From an uncultured Clostridium sp. (GTDB lineage Bacteria; Bacillota; Clostridia; TANB77; CAG-508): a stretch of 17,279 nucleotides of DNA. The stretch's first letter is position 1. Each line of letters starts with the position of its first letter. Made by a program: the position numbers and the translations under genes. Shown here in pieces: positions 1 through 9,326 of this stretch. Below the pieces are notes generated by a model that was not told the origin of the DNA, ran no database searches, and was given only the letters and a program-made list of their open reading frames with translations. Where the stretch lies: the NCBI GenBank assembly GCA_947643945.1, contig CANRXN010000002.1, positions 1-17,279 on the forward strand, in the 5' to 3' direction.

Positions 1-332
1 TTTAAATCATTACCTAAGTCTACCTTTATCGTCATATTCTTGTAAGCCAAATACTGTCCTTGGTCAGTATTGCCATTTCCTGCCACAGACTGTCTTCTAT
101 TATAATCAACCACACGATTTAGCAAAGAATACAACTCACTACCTCTAACGTTTTTTCTATTATACGTTTCAAACTGGTTATTAAACTCAATTACTTGGGC
201 TTCTTTGGTATCTTGCTCGCCTACATTTTGATAACTAGATAAATTGTTAAACATAAGTAGCAAGGCACCAATTATCAACAAAGCAATCAAGATACTTCCT
301 GCCATAATCAAAGCCTTTGATGCATTTTCCAT
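1..332 (-). CDS. putative pilin-like / pseudopilin protein of the Tad-like locus (3' end runs off the window)
   Basis: Absent from the ORF track because no stop lies inside the window. ATG at 332..330, with AGGAGG (342..347) 9 nt upstream. Open for 110 codons to position 1. Translation MENASKALIMAGSILIALLIIGALLLMFNNLSSYQNVGEQD... has a short polar leader, one ~22-aa hydrophobic helix and then a polar domain. It lies 18 nt after the TadC-like gene. Confidence 0.45.
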   Translation of the reverse strand, partial: MENASKALIMAGSILIALLIIGALLLMFNNLSSYQNVGEQDTKEAQVIEFNNQFETYNRKNVRGSELYSLLNRVVDYNRRQSVAGNGNTDQGQYLAYKNMTIKVDLGNDL

Positions 333-350
333 AGAAGTTCTCCTCCTTAC

Positions 351-2430
351 TTATTTTGTCGTTGCTGTCATAGATTGGAATGATGTAGACATACTCGTTA
401 ATCCTATAAATACTAATGGAATAATTAAGTATCCAACAAACATACATACCATAGGAGCAAATCCGGATGGCTTTTCCAATCATACCTTTTCTTTTTATCA
501 ATCTTTCGTTTGATTCTTTACGTTTTTCTTGGTAGTAGTCTCTTTCTGAGTCTAACTCGTCAAAAGCATCGGTAATTGGAATTTTTTCAACAGCTGCTTG
601 TAAGCTTTCAATAATTCGAATAAATTGTGTATAGCTTACTTCTTCCTTCATAGCTTCTAAGGCTTCCCAAGCTCCTGCTTCGTAGTTGTTTACACATCTT
701 GTGATTGGTCCTCTAAAGATGTTTGAATATCTTTCTAGCCATTCTAGTATAATTTCAACATTTACTCTTTCAATTCTCATAAGCATTAAGATAATGGTTT
801 GGAATTGCATGATTTCGTCTTCCATTTCTAGTTGCCTCATTTTTACTTGGAAAATTAGTAACCAAATTGGTGCCATGTAAGCTACTACTGCAAATACAAA
901 TGCTAATAATAATTCAAACCATTGCATATATTCGCTATTGATAATTTTTAATTTTTCTTCAATTCTTTTTACTGCTTTATCAATTTCAGCATCTTCTGCT
1001 TCTTCGTAATATTTTAAACGCTCAACTGCCATTTTTATCTGGGCTGTTGTTGTTTTTGGCTCTCCTCTAAATTGGTCTAATATTTTGTTGTCTTGCTCGG
1101 TTAACTCCATTGCTTTTCGTTCGTCTTTTGCTGATAAGCCTCCAATAATATCATATTCTGTTGTCGGCTCTGTATAGATGTAATTAATCGCAATTACATG
1201 TAATTGTGAAAAGATGATAATCGATGCAATACACGTTACAATTGCCATGGTAATTCTGTTCATGTACAGCCATTCCATTTTCAAATGAGATGCTGCATCT
1301 TTTAAGTATTGTTGTATTTTTCTATATTCTTTGGTTCCTTGTTTTGGAATAAATAAATCTACTACTTTTTTAATTGGTTTTTTCTTATATAATCTTTCTT
1401 GCCATGGGTTTTCTGTATTTTTTGTATCAATTCCTGTTGAACCATTGTCTTTTAGCTTTCTAACTAATATGTAAGCAGCAAAGGTAATAATTAAAATTAA
1501 AATTTGTACAATCATTCCTGGCTTTCCTTGATACCAGCTTGCGGTAAAGGAGAAGTTACTGATTGCCCAGTTTTTTAATGGTTCTAGTAATAGAACTGGT
1601 GCAATAGAGATAACAGATAAGCTTTGGAATACATAGTTTAATTTATCTCTTTTTAAAATTTCTAGTTGCATTTCTTGGGTTATGTTGTTTACATTTTTTA
1701 AGTACAAAGAGGCTCCATTTACTTTTCTATCGCCAAATTCTTTGGTTAAGTAAGAAACTCCTGCAAATTCTTTTAAGAAACTATTTGGTGCAATGTCATA
1801 ATATTTTTCTAATTCCATTTCTGGGTCATTGGAAATTAATATTTCATATATTTTTTCGCCTTGGCTAGATACGCTTTTTTCGTCATCTTGTGATACTTGG
1901 TATATTGCTTCTTCTACCATGTTAAATTCATGGTAAGCATGTCTAATTTCGGCAAAGAAGTCTATTTGCTCTTTTAATATTTTGTTGTCCATTTTGTCAA
2001 CAGATCCATCTATTAAGGTATCTACCATAAAGATTTCAAAAATTAGCAAAATACACATTAATAAGAAATTGGATTTGGTTATCACAATCGTAACTACGAT
2101 AATTGGTACAATAATAACAAGTGCTTTTGATAGTATTTTAGCGGTTCCTTTTCTGGTGTTATATTCGTCATCAATATTAATAATTTCTAGTCTTCTTCTA
2201 ATTTTTAAAGCATATCTTTTTATGAATGGGATTTTGATGTAAAATAAGTATAATTTTTGGAATAGTATTTCGGTTGAAAAGTTGTTTCGCTTTGTTCCTT
2301 GTTGCAAAGCTTGGATTCTTTTGTATTCACTTTTTTGCATTTTTTTAGATAATAGGTAATACGCAAATACGATAATTACAAATAATCCTGCTGAACCACC
2401 CATCAAATAAAATATCATGTTGTTATTCAC
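351..2430 (-). CDS. large polytopic membrane protein with C-terminal TadB/TadC (T2SS-F)-like domain; needs a +1 shift at CGG 463..465
   Basis: ORF 247..2430 has a GTG start at 2430 and RBS AGAGGTG. It has at least six hydrophobic segments, and the C-terminal third is T2SS-F-like. After CGG 463..465 the zero frame turns into non-membrane junk that overlaps the next gene. Skipping the C gives ...GKAI-G-FAPMVCMFVGYLIIPLVFIGLTSMSTSFQSMTATTK, a final TM helix, with TAA at 351..353. The length is 2080 nt minus 1, which is 693 codons. Confidence 0.65.
463..465 (-). other. in-frame CGG at a frame break; inferred +1 recoding site (ATC CGG A, read I-G)
   Basis: The codon phase matches the ORF starting at 2430. 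The downstream TM helix is recovered only from GGA at 464..462. Confidence 0.7.
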
Positions 2431-2468
2431 TTGTTATTCACCTCTTTCTTTTTTGGTTTCTTTTTACT

Positions 2469-4429
2469 CTAATCTTCTTTTTTTGCTTTTCTACCACGTT
2501 TTTTGGTTTCTTCTCTTGCTGTTACAGCAACTGTTTGTTTTTTATTGTCACTCCAATGTCTTTCCACAAATTCATCAAATTTTTCTAAGTCTATTTCGTC
2601 CATGTTCATTCGCATTTCTCTTAAGTTTGCTTGTGATATTGGATTGGTGATAATATATTCTCCATCTACATATTCTAAAATATTTCGATAGGTATATAAT
2701 TGTCTATCTGTTACTTTTTCAAAATAACGTGTGGCATTGTCAAAGAATTTATCAAATTTTCCTTCTAAGGTTTTTTCTTTTCTATGGTCAAAGGTGTATT
2801 CATTTTTTTCTTCTACTGGAATACATTCGGTAATTCTTTCTACATATCTTTTTCCTTTAAAGTCCTTGGTTAAGTGGATATCAAAGTTTAGTACTTGCAC
2901 AACTTGCTCTTCTGCTGTTTTTTCGTTTTTAAATACTCCCGCACGAAGCATAGAGTTACGAAGTGCTGTTACTAGGTTTGGAAAGGTTTTTGCATGGTGA
3001 GTAAATAAAGTAAATTTAGATGCAACTTGGGCAGCTTGTATCATCCAAGATGCTACGGGGTCTGTTGCAACCTCTCCGGATAATGTTTACCGAACCATCG
3101 GTTTTCTTTTGTACGTCCAAACCTTCTTGTCCTGATATGGTTTCGGTTTCTCTAAAAGTTAATATGTTTCTGGTTGGATAAATTTTTCTTAAGTGAAGCT
3201 CAAATGCAGTTTCCTGAACACGAATGTTCATGGTTTCATAAATGTTTTCTATCATTCCCATTAGCATGGTTGTTTTACCACAACCTTGTTCACCTGTAAT
3301 AGAGATAATTCTTGCTCCTTTTACTAAATATTTTAGTAATTCAATAGAATCTCCACTTCCTGGTTCTCCTTTAAACCATTGCTCTAAGGTTGAACGTTTT
3401 ACGTCAAATTTTCTTACGAAGAACGCCCATGTTTCAGAAAAGCTTGGTCTTACTACAACGACACGAGAGCCGTCTTTCATTTCGTTGATTTTATAACCAT
3501 TGGTGTCTGACAATTGTCCTGGGTTGTTGTATTTATAGATATTTTGACAAACTCTTTTTAATTCTGCTTCGGTTCCAAAAGATAAGAATTCTAAACGAAT
3601 GGACTTACCTTGGAAGAAAATCCAAATACTATCACATGCTCTTGGCACTTTGTGTTCTGTTACTTGTTCTAAGTAATCTCCATCTGCTTGTGCTACTTGG
3701 CTTAAGAAACTTTCTGGAAGTCCAGATACTCCGTCCTGAAATTCCGTCTATGTTCATGTCTCTTACTTCGTCAATGGAGCTGTATCCTTTGTAGTGTTGA
3801 TAAATTCTTTGTACTACTACTGCTAGTTTGTCAGCAAAGGTTAATACGATATTTTCTTTTTCGTAAATATCTTCTATTTCGTTACTTGTTATTACATAAG
3901 AAGGTTTGGTTTCTCCTTCTACATATTTTAAAGTTGCTAGATTGTATTTTTTGATTAATTCAGTTAAGGCTTCATAACCAAATTCTTTTTTATAACTGTA
4001 AATTAAGATGTCAAATTTATCTTGTGCTGTTAGTAAAGAAGGAATATCAAATGGAATTGCTTTTGATATGTTGCTTTCTGTTACACCATATTCTTTTTCT
4101 AATAAATCAAAAATCAATTCTTTTACATATTTTTTATCATTAACGTCACCATAGGTACATCCTTTTAAAGCTTTTTTTAGCTCATACTTTTTGTTCTTTC
4201 TTCTTTTTAATTCTTCTTCAGATAATCCTATGTCGTACAAGTTGACTTTGGTGATTTCGTCTAGTCTTCTTTTGATAAATTCTATCATTTTTTCAATGGT
4301 ATAGGTTTTATCGTCTACATCAACTGCAACTTCAACTTCTGCTGTTTTCTTTTTCTTAATACTGTAGAAAACGGCATAGCCTGCAATTGCCAAAACTACT
4401 AGTATTAATATGATGTTTGTTATGGTCAT
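2469..4429 (-). CDS. CpaF/TadA-family secretion ATPase with N-terminal TM anchor and long N-terminal extension; needs +1 shifts at CGG 3731..3733 and 3076..3078
   Basis: Three ORF fragments (3632..4429, 3016..3648, 2469..3044) join into one 652-aa protein. RBS AGGAGG lies before the ATG at 4429. N-terminal TM is MTITNIILILVVLAIAGYAVFY. Walker A is ITGEQGCGKTT. The Walker B-like NIIGEV is restored only after the shift at 3076..3078. His-box-like motif is FTHHAKT. The junction at 3731..3733 reads DGISG-G-VSGLPESFLSQVAQADGDYLEQVTEHKVPRACDSIW. 1961 nt minus 2 gives 653 codons. Confidence 0.8.
3076..3078 (-). other. in-frame CGG; inferred +1 recoding site (ATC CGG A)
   Basis: Restores NII-G-EVATDPVASWMIQAAQVASKF in the CpaF-like ATPase. 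Confidence 0.75.
3731..3733 (-). other. in-frame CGG; inferred +1 recoding site (GGA CGG A)
   Basis: Joins DGISG to GVSGLPESFL... and on into the frame of ORF 3016..3648. Confidence 0.7.
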
Positions 4430-4450
4430 TTGGTTTTCCTCCTTGTTTTT

Positions 4451-5282
4451 CTATCGCAAATCTTGTAATCGGTATATAATGTTATCTACGGTTCTTTTTA
4501 CTTCTGCCATAAAAAATCCGTTTCTGTCATCCTCTCCTGTTTTTCTTAAAGATAAAAATAAGTCTGGTACTTTTGCTTCTTCACATGCTTCAAAATATAA
4601 TGTGTTATATGGTATGGTTGATACTTTGTTTCTTTCTCCTAAATATCTTGATATATTTTTAATGTTGTATTTTGAGAATTTGTCATATCTTCCTACTAAT
4701 AATAATGTTTTTTTGCTTTGTAAGATTGGTTTTTCTTCTCTTAATTCTACGAATTCATTGATGCTTGTTAATCTTTGGCTTAGGTTTACGACGATTAAAT
4801 TAGAATTTTCTAGAATGGTATCTGCTATGTCGTCTTGTACTTGTTTGTCCAAGTCAACAAATACCAAGTCATAATAATTGTTGGCCAAAGTTATAATGTC
4901 TGGATAATATCTTCTTATATCGTTGTATTGTTCTTTATCTCCTTTATAGGTTGGTAATATTTCTAGTCTATCTTTAAAGATAATTTTTGTATAATTGGTT
5001 ATATGATCTGGCGATAATTTATTACTCTTCATAATTTTAGCTAGTCCGGGATATTCCTTCTTCTAAGGCAATGCTTGTGTTTGGTCCAAATAATCCTAGA
5101 TTTTTCTTTACTTTTTTTGCTTGCTGCCAAAAACACTTATCTAAATTTTGGTCTTGATATCCGGTTGAGATGACTAAGATTCTATAATTATGTTCAATTG
5201 CTAAATGGGTACAAATTGCCGCTAGTGACAGGGTTTTCCCTGTTTGTTCTTTTCCATTGTTCCAAAATGTTACAATTGACAT
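4451..5282 (-). CDS. ParA/MinD-like (TadZ/CpaE-like) protein; needs a +1 shift at CGG 5046..5048
   Basis: Fragments 5037..5282 and 4451..5032 join into one protein. The N-terminus MSIVTFWNNGKEQTGKTLSLAA is a deviant Walker A. The junction reads ...ALEEGIS-G-LAKIMKSNKLSPDH. 832 nt minus 1 gives 277 codons. Its position between the CpaB-like and CpaF-like genes is typical for TadZ. Confidence 0.6.
5046..5048 (-). other. in-frame CGG; inferred +1 recoding site (TCC CGG A)
   Basis: The zero frame stops three codons later (CGG ACT AGC TAA). The +1 frame continues into ORF 4451..5032. Confidence 0.7.
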
Positions 5283-5317
5283 TTCTTTTCCTTCCCTTCT
5301 TCCTTTGTATCCTATCG

Positions 5318-6018
5318 CTATACGTTTTTCTCGATTAGCTTGATCGCTTTTCTTATGTTAGATTCACTAACATTTGACAAAATTTCTTGGCTTAAGTAAG
5401 CTAGTCCATCTTTGTATTGTACGCTTAATTTTTTAAATTTTATTTTGGCCACTCTTTGGTTTTCGTAAATGACACTTAAGTCTCCATTTTCAATTGGGAA
5501 ATAAATTCTATATTCATTCCATATGATTTTATATCCTAAAGAAAGGAAATTTAAGTAGTCGTCTTCTTCTTTTAGCATTTCTTTCGAAAATAAAATTTTA
5601 GTTAAGCTTACTGTTTCTTGTAATCCGGCTTAAGACTTCTAGTCCTTTTTTTAGTGAATAATTGTCAAAAGAGGTTACAAAATAGTTTTTGGAAGCATCT
5701 TGTAATTGAAAGTTTTGGAATCCTTCCATACTGTCTGTATCTACTAATATTATGTCATATTCCATTTCTTGGCTTTCTGCTAATCCTAAATATCTTTTAA
5801 TTTCGCTTGCATTTGAAAAGCCGAACTGCTATATCAATATCTTCAAAGTCTGTTACATAAGAAGTGGTTGGATTTATAGCAGGTACAATGTATCTTGCTT
5901 TTTGATTTACGGTTGCATCAATTACTAATACTTTTTGGTTTAATACGGTTAGTATTTTAGCTAAATATACAATTAAATCGGTTTTGTCATAAGCTCCTAT
6001 AAATCCTATTTTTTTCAT
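5318..6018 (-). CDS. degenerate ParA-like protein (no Walker A lysine); needs +1 shifts at CGG 5821..5823 and 5625..5627
   Basis: Fragments 5797..6018 and 5318..5578 plus an untracked middle piece join into one 232-aa protein. The sequence reads MKKIGFIGAYDKTDLIVYLAKIL...DIDIAV-G-FSNASEIKRYLGLAESQEMEYDIILVDTD...GLEVLS-G-LQETVSLTKILFSKEMLKEEDDY... There are no stops in the joined frame. 701 nt minus 2 gives 233 codons. Confidence 0.5.
5625..5627 (-). other. in-frame CGG; inferred +1 recoding site (AGC CGG A)
   Basis: Joins the middle piece of the ParA-like gene to ORF 5318..5578. Confidence 0.65.
5821..5823 (-). other. in-frame CGG; inferred +1 recoding site (GTT CGG C, Gly = GGC)
   Basis: Joins ORF 5797..6018 to an open 65-codon middle piece. 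Confidence 0.65.
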
Positions 6019-6041
6019 CGTTTGTAGTTCACTCCTTTTTT

Positions 6042-7139
6042 CTAGTTTACTACTCCTGCTAAAGAGTCTAAGTATTCTTTTCTTGAGTTTTTAGAGTTGG
6101 TTGTACTTTCTTGCATGTTGGTTTCAATATTAGATTGTGCTTGGTCTCCTTGGTTGCTAATTTCATTGTTAATGTAGTTGTTTCTTAATTCTGTAGCATT
6201 TATTTCTTTATAGCGGTTGGCAATTTCACTCATGGCTTTTTCTAATATGTTTGGGTTGTTTTGTAATAGTTTAGATGTGCTTTCATTTACTGGATAGGTT
6301 GGTTTTGCTGCTTCTTGCATACCAGCTTCTGTATATTTAGTAACATAGATTTTAGATCCTTTTACTCTGTATGCATCATAAATAGCACAGCTCATATGTA
6401 AGATTTCGTCTTCTGTTAGGTTCATCCAAACTGTATCATCCGAATCCACGCCATTAATATTTGGTATTTCTACTTCTTTTTTAGCCACTACGATATAGTC
6501 TTGTCCAGATGGCATCATTAGTCTAACATCGATATAATCTCCTGTTACTAAATCCATTGGAAGTACTAACATATTATATTCTTGTTTTCTTACATCGTTT
6601 TGTACCATGCTATCACTTTTGCTTAGCAATTCTGTTGTTAATAATGTATTTTTCTTCATAGTTACTTTGGCAACTAATGGTACACTATTTAATTCTAAGT
6701 ATTCTTTATTGCTACCTTTTTCAATATAATAGTTATCTGTTTCGTCTTCTTTTTTTACTTGATACTCTTTGTTATCTTTATTGATATAAAGTGTTGCATT
6801 ATTATTTTTATCATATTTGGTATAAATATCATTTCCTGCTTTATCTTGCAAAGCATAGTTTTGAATTATTTCAATATCACTTGTTGCATTACTTGGAACT
6901 AAATTTTTATTTACCGTTTGTATGGTTAGCATATCATTTGTAATAACTTGTCCTGAGCTTACATCTTGATTTAAAACATACGCTTTTACACTTGCTTTTA
7001 GTTCTTCTTGTTCCTTTTTAGTTTTATTCATTAATTGCATGAATAATAAACCAATTACTACTCCTGCTATTAATAACATCACTAACATTCCTAATAAAAA
7101 TGAATTTCTTGCTTTTCTTTGCATTGGATTTGTTGCCAT
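6042..7139 (-). CDS. CpaB/RcpC-like Flp pilus assembly protein
   Basis: Intact 365-aa ORF with RBS GGGAGG. It has an N-terminal TM (FLLGMLVMLLIAGVVIGLLF). A SAF-like segment reads VKAYVLNQDVSSGQVITNDMLTIQTV. An RcpC-like segment reads MLVLPMDLVTGDYIDVRLMMPSG. It is the first gene of the locus and contains no in-frame CGG. Confidence 0.6.
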   Translation of the reverse strand: MATNPMQRKARNSFLLGMLVMLLIAGVVIGLLFMQLMNKTKKEQEELKASVKAYVLNQDVSSGQVITNDMLTIQTVNKNLVPSNATSDIEIIQNYALQDKAGNDIYTKYDKNNNATLYINKDNKEYQVKKEDETDNYYIEKGSNKEYLELNSVPLVAKVTMKKNTLLTTELLSKSDSMVQNDVRKQEYNMLVLPMDLVTGDYIDVRLMMPSGQDYIVVAKKEVEIPNINGVDSDDTVWMNLTEDEILHMSCAIYDAYRVKGSKIYVTKYTEAGMQEAAKPTYPVNESTSKLLQNNPNILEKAMSEIANRYKEINATELRNNYINNEISNQGDQAQSNIETNMQESTTNSKNSRKEYLDSLAGVVN

Positions 7140-7200
7140 GACAAATTCCTCCCTTAATTTTTATTTTTCTATATTTTTTTACAAAATATCCATCTAGTTT

Positions 7201-7229
7201 ATTGTACCGCAATTAGCTCCCAAAATCAA
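7201..7229 (-). promoter_or_regulatory. candidate sigma-A promoter of the Tad-like operon
   Basis: On the minus strand: TTGATT (7229..7224), a 17-nt spacer, then TACAAT (7206..7201). It lies about 60 nt upstream of the CpaB-like start. Confidence 0.4.
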
Positions 7230-7303
7230 TAAATTTAATAGTTGTTATAAAAAGTTAATGTTCTTGTAATATTTTCGTAACATTTCTCCTGCTAGCATCA
7301 TCT

Positions 7304-7346
7304 GGGACAGGTACAGCTTATACCATTTAGCACGATTAGGGACAGG
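7304..7346. repeat. two direct copies of the GGGACAGG intergenic core, 35 bp apart
   Basis: GGGACAGGT occurs at 7304..7312 and 7339..7347, between the HAD stop and the Tad promoter. The core is the same as in the arrays at 15761..15860 and 16941..16986. Confidence 0.5.
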
Positions 7347-7356
7347 TTTTTAAATT

Positions 7357-8226
7357 TTAGCAAAATTTTTCTAACACTTTTGCCACACCATCTTCATTGT
7401 TTGAAGTTGTTATATAGTCTGCAATGTCACTTACCTCTGGTGTACTGCCAGCCATAACCACTCCCAAGCCTGCTTGTTCAATCATTTTTTTGTCATTTAC
7501 ATTATCGCCAATTGCTATTACTTCTTCTTTTTTGATATTTAGTTGATTTATTAAGTGTTCAATTGCTTCCCATTTATCTACATTTTGCATCGTTATTTCT
7601 GTGTAGTAATACTCAACGGTTATCTCTTCTGTTCCTTGTTTGATTGTTTTTTTCGACATATGTGAAACATCTAGCACTTCAATTCCTTCTATCTTTCTTA
7701 ACTTCCTTATGATCGATTGAAATACTGTTTTGTTGTCGTCACAGATTGTCATTTTTAAAAATTTTTCTTCTTTTTTACTTTTTACATATTCATAGATATT
7801 TTCGATAATACTAATTTTAGTCTGTTTGCTTTTTTCTTTTTTTAGATTTTCTTTTTGATAATATAAAACATTGTATTTTAAGCTATTTGCTAAAATCGTC
7901 TCTTCGGTATATACATTATAAGAAATGCTATTTTCTTCACATATTTTTATAATTTCTAAAACTTTTTGTTTTGGTAAAAATTTATCATAAACAATTTCTT
8001 CTTTTTGGATATCATAAATAAGAGCACCATTTCCTGCAATAAAATAATGGTTGCTTCCAATTTCTTTGGCAATTGTTTTTATGGAATCAATAGGTCTTCC
8101 TGATGCAATTACGATTTCTATATTTTTTTCTATTGCTGCTTGGATTGCTTTTTTTGTATTTGGAGTTACCTCTCCATACTGGTTTAGCATCGTTCCATCT
8201 AAGTCAATTGCTACTAATTTATACAT
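7357..8226 (-). CDS. Cof-type HAD-IIB family hydrolase (sugar-phosphate phosphatase-like)
   Basis: Intact 289-aa ORF. HAD motif I is VAIDLDGTML, motif II is IASGR, and motif IV is GDNVNDKKMIEQAGLGVVMA. The C-terminus has NEDGVAKVLEKF. Confidence 0.85.
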   Translation of the reverse strand: MYKLVAIDLDGTMLNQYGEVTPNTKKAIQAAIEKNIEIVIASGRPIDSIKTIAKEIGSNHYFIAGNGALIYDIQKEEIVYDKFLPKQKVLEIIKICEENSISYNVYTEETILANSLKYNVLYYQKENLKKEKSKQTKISIIENIYEYVKSKKEEKFLKMTICDDNKTVFQSIIRKLRKIEGIEVLDVSHMSKKTIKQGTEEITVEYYYTEITMQNVDKWEAIEHLINQLNIKKEEVIAIGDNVNDKKMIEQAGLGVVMAGSTPEVSDIADYITTSNNEDGVAKVLEKFC

Positions 8227-8258
8227 ATCTTATCACTCCTTGCTTTATGTACCAATTT

Positions 8259-8287
8259 ATTATAACTTTATTTTTTTCGTTTGGCAA
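8259..8287 (-). promoter_or_regulatory. candidate sigma-A promoter of the HAD hydrolase gene
   Basis: On the minus strand: TTGCCA (8287..8282), a 17-nt spacer, then TATAAT (8264..8259). It lies about 30 nt upstream of the ATG at 8226. Confidence 0.45.
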
Positions 8288-8402
8288 GAGTCGTTTTTTT
8301 TTGAAAAAATTGCTTGTGTATTTTTTTGCTTTTTGGCACATTCTAGTATTAGAAAAAGCAAAGGTTTTTTCTATATGTAATATTACAGGAGGTGAAAAAA
8401 CG

Positions 8403-8600
8403 ATGGCAAACAATTCAAACAAAAAATTAGTTCCAGAAGCTATGACTGCTTTAGATAAATTCAAATATGAAGTAGCTAGTGAAGTTGGTGTTAATTTAAA
8501 AGACGGATACAATGGAGATATTTCAGCTAAAGATGCTGGTAAAATCGGTGGTAACATGGTAAGAAAAATGATTCAACAAGCTGAACAACAAATGAAATAG
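8403..8600 (+). CDS. alpha/beta-type small acid-soluble spore protein (SASP)
   Basis: ATG at 8403 follows GGAGGTG; the upstream in-frame part of ORF 8103..8600 is T-rich junk. The 65-aa product is MANNSNKKLVPEAMTALDKFKYEVASEVGVNLKDGYNGDISAKDAGKIGGNMVRKMIQQAEQQMK. This matches the canonical SASP pattern (KYEIA.E.GV ... G.VGG.MV). Confidence 0.9.
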   Translation: MANNSNKKLVPEAMTALDKFKYEVASEVGVNLKDGYNGDISAKDAGKIGGNMVRKMIQQAEQQMK

Positions 8601-8703
8601 TTTTTGTTTTATAGTTACTAATCTTCATTTGTAAGGTTTTTTTATAACCTTTGGTAGGAAGTTAAATTTTGTTTTTATTTATTTTATTTTTAAAATACAT
8701 AAA

Positions 8704-8736
8704 GGCAGGATTTGATTTCCTGCCTTTTCTTTTTTA
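8704..8736. terminator. bidirectional rho-independent terminator (SASP gene and hpf converge)
   Basis: Stem GGCAGGA (8704..8710) pairs with TCCTGCC (8718..8724) around a 7-nt loop. T-runs follow on both strands. Confidence 0.6.
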
Positions 8737-8740
8737 TTTT

Positions 8741-9268
8741 TTATGCTTCTGGCTCTACTAAACCATAATTTTTTCCATCTTTTAATTTATGTACCGCATT
8801 TACTTTTCCAGTTTCCACATTAATGAAAACTAAAAAGTTATGACTTGGTTTTTCTTTTAATTTTAAAACCGCATCTTCTGGTAGCATTGGCTTAATTTCA
8901 TAGTATGATGTTTTTATAATTTCGTCTGTAATTTCAGTAGCGTTATCTTTTATCACTTCCATTGTTTTTAATGAAGCTTCTTTTTGCATTTTTTCTTTTT
9001 TGGTTTTGGCTTTTCTAATTTGTCCTTCTAAGATGTCTATGTCTTTATCGATAGAAGCATACATATCTTTGTCTTCTGTTACGGCTCTATATTTTTCTCC
9101 ATTAGCTGTTACATAGATTTCTGCAATTTGCTCGCTTTTTTCTGTTTTTAGAGTGACTTCTGCTTCTGCTTCTTCAAAATATTTATCGATTCTGTCTAGT
9201 TTTCTTTCTACATAGCTATTAATTGCTTCTGTTATTTTTAATTCTTTTCCTGTTATTTTTATTTTCAT
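8741..9268 (-). CDS. hpf: ribosome hibernation promoting factor, long form
   Basis: Intact 175-aa ORF. The N-terminal RaiA/YfiA domain reads MKIKITGKELKITEAINSYVERKLDRIDKYF. The C-terminal dimerisation domain reads FLVFINVETGKVNAVHKLKDGKNYGLVEP. Confidence 0.9.
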   Translation of the reverse strand: MKIKITGKELKITEAINSYVERKLDRIDKYFEEAEAEVTLKTEKSEQIAEIYVTANGEKYRAVTEDKDMYASIDKDIDILEGQIRKAKTKKEKMQKEASLKTMEVIKDNATEITDEIIKTSYYEIKPMLPEDAVLKLKEKPSHNFLVFINVETGKVNAVHKLKDGKNYGLVEPEA

Positions 9269-9297
9269 AAAAATCGCTCCCTTCTTTTTATGGTTTT

Positions 9298-9326
9298 ATT
9301 ATATACGTTAATTTTTTAGTTGTCAA
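9298..9326 (-). promoter_or_regulatory. consensus sigma-A promoter for hpf, overlapping the recO 3' end
   Basis: On the minus strand: TTGACA (9326..9321), a 17-nt spacer, then TATAAT (9303..9298). It lies about 30 nt upstream of the hpf ATG. Confidence 0.6.

Noticed and set aside
7024-7212. The 62-aa minus-strand ORF overlapping the CpaB-like start.
   Set aside because: It is out of frame with the CpaB-like gene, covers its promoter, RBS and N-terminus, and has a Lys/Ile-rich composition and no RBS.
8316-8345. A forespore (sigma-G type) promoter for the SASP gene: GTATT ... CATTCTA.
   Set aside because: The -10-like CATTCTA (8339..8345) fits the CATxxTA pattern. The -35 and the 16-nt spacing fit only approximately. 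It is biologically expected but not supportable by eye.
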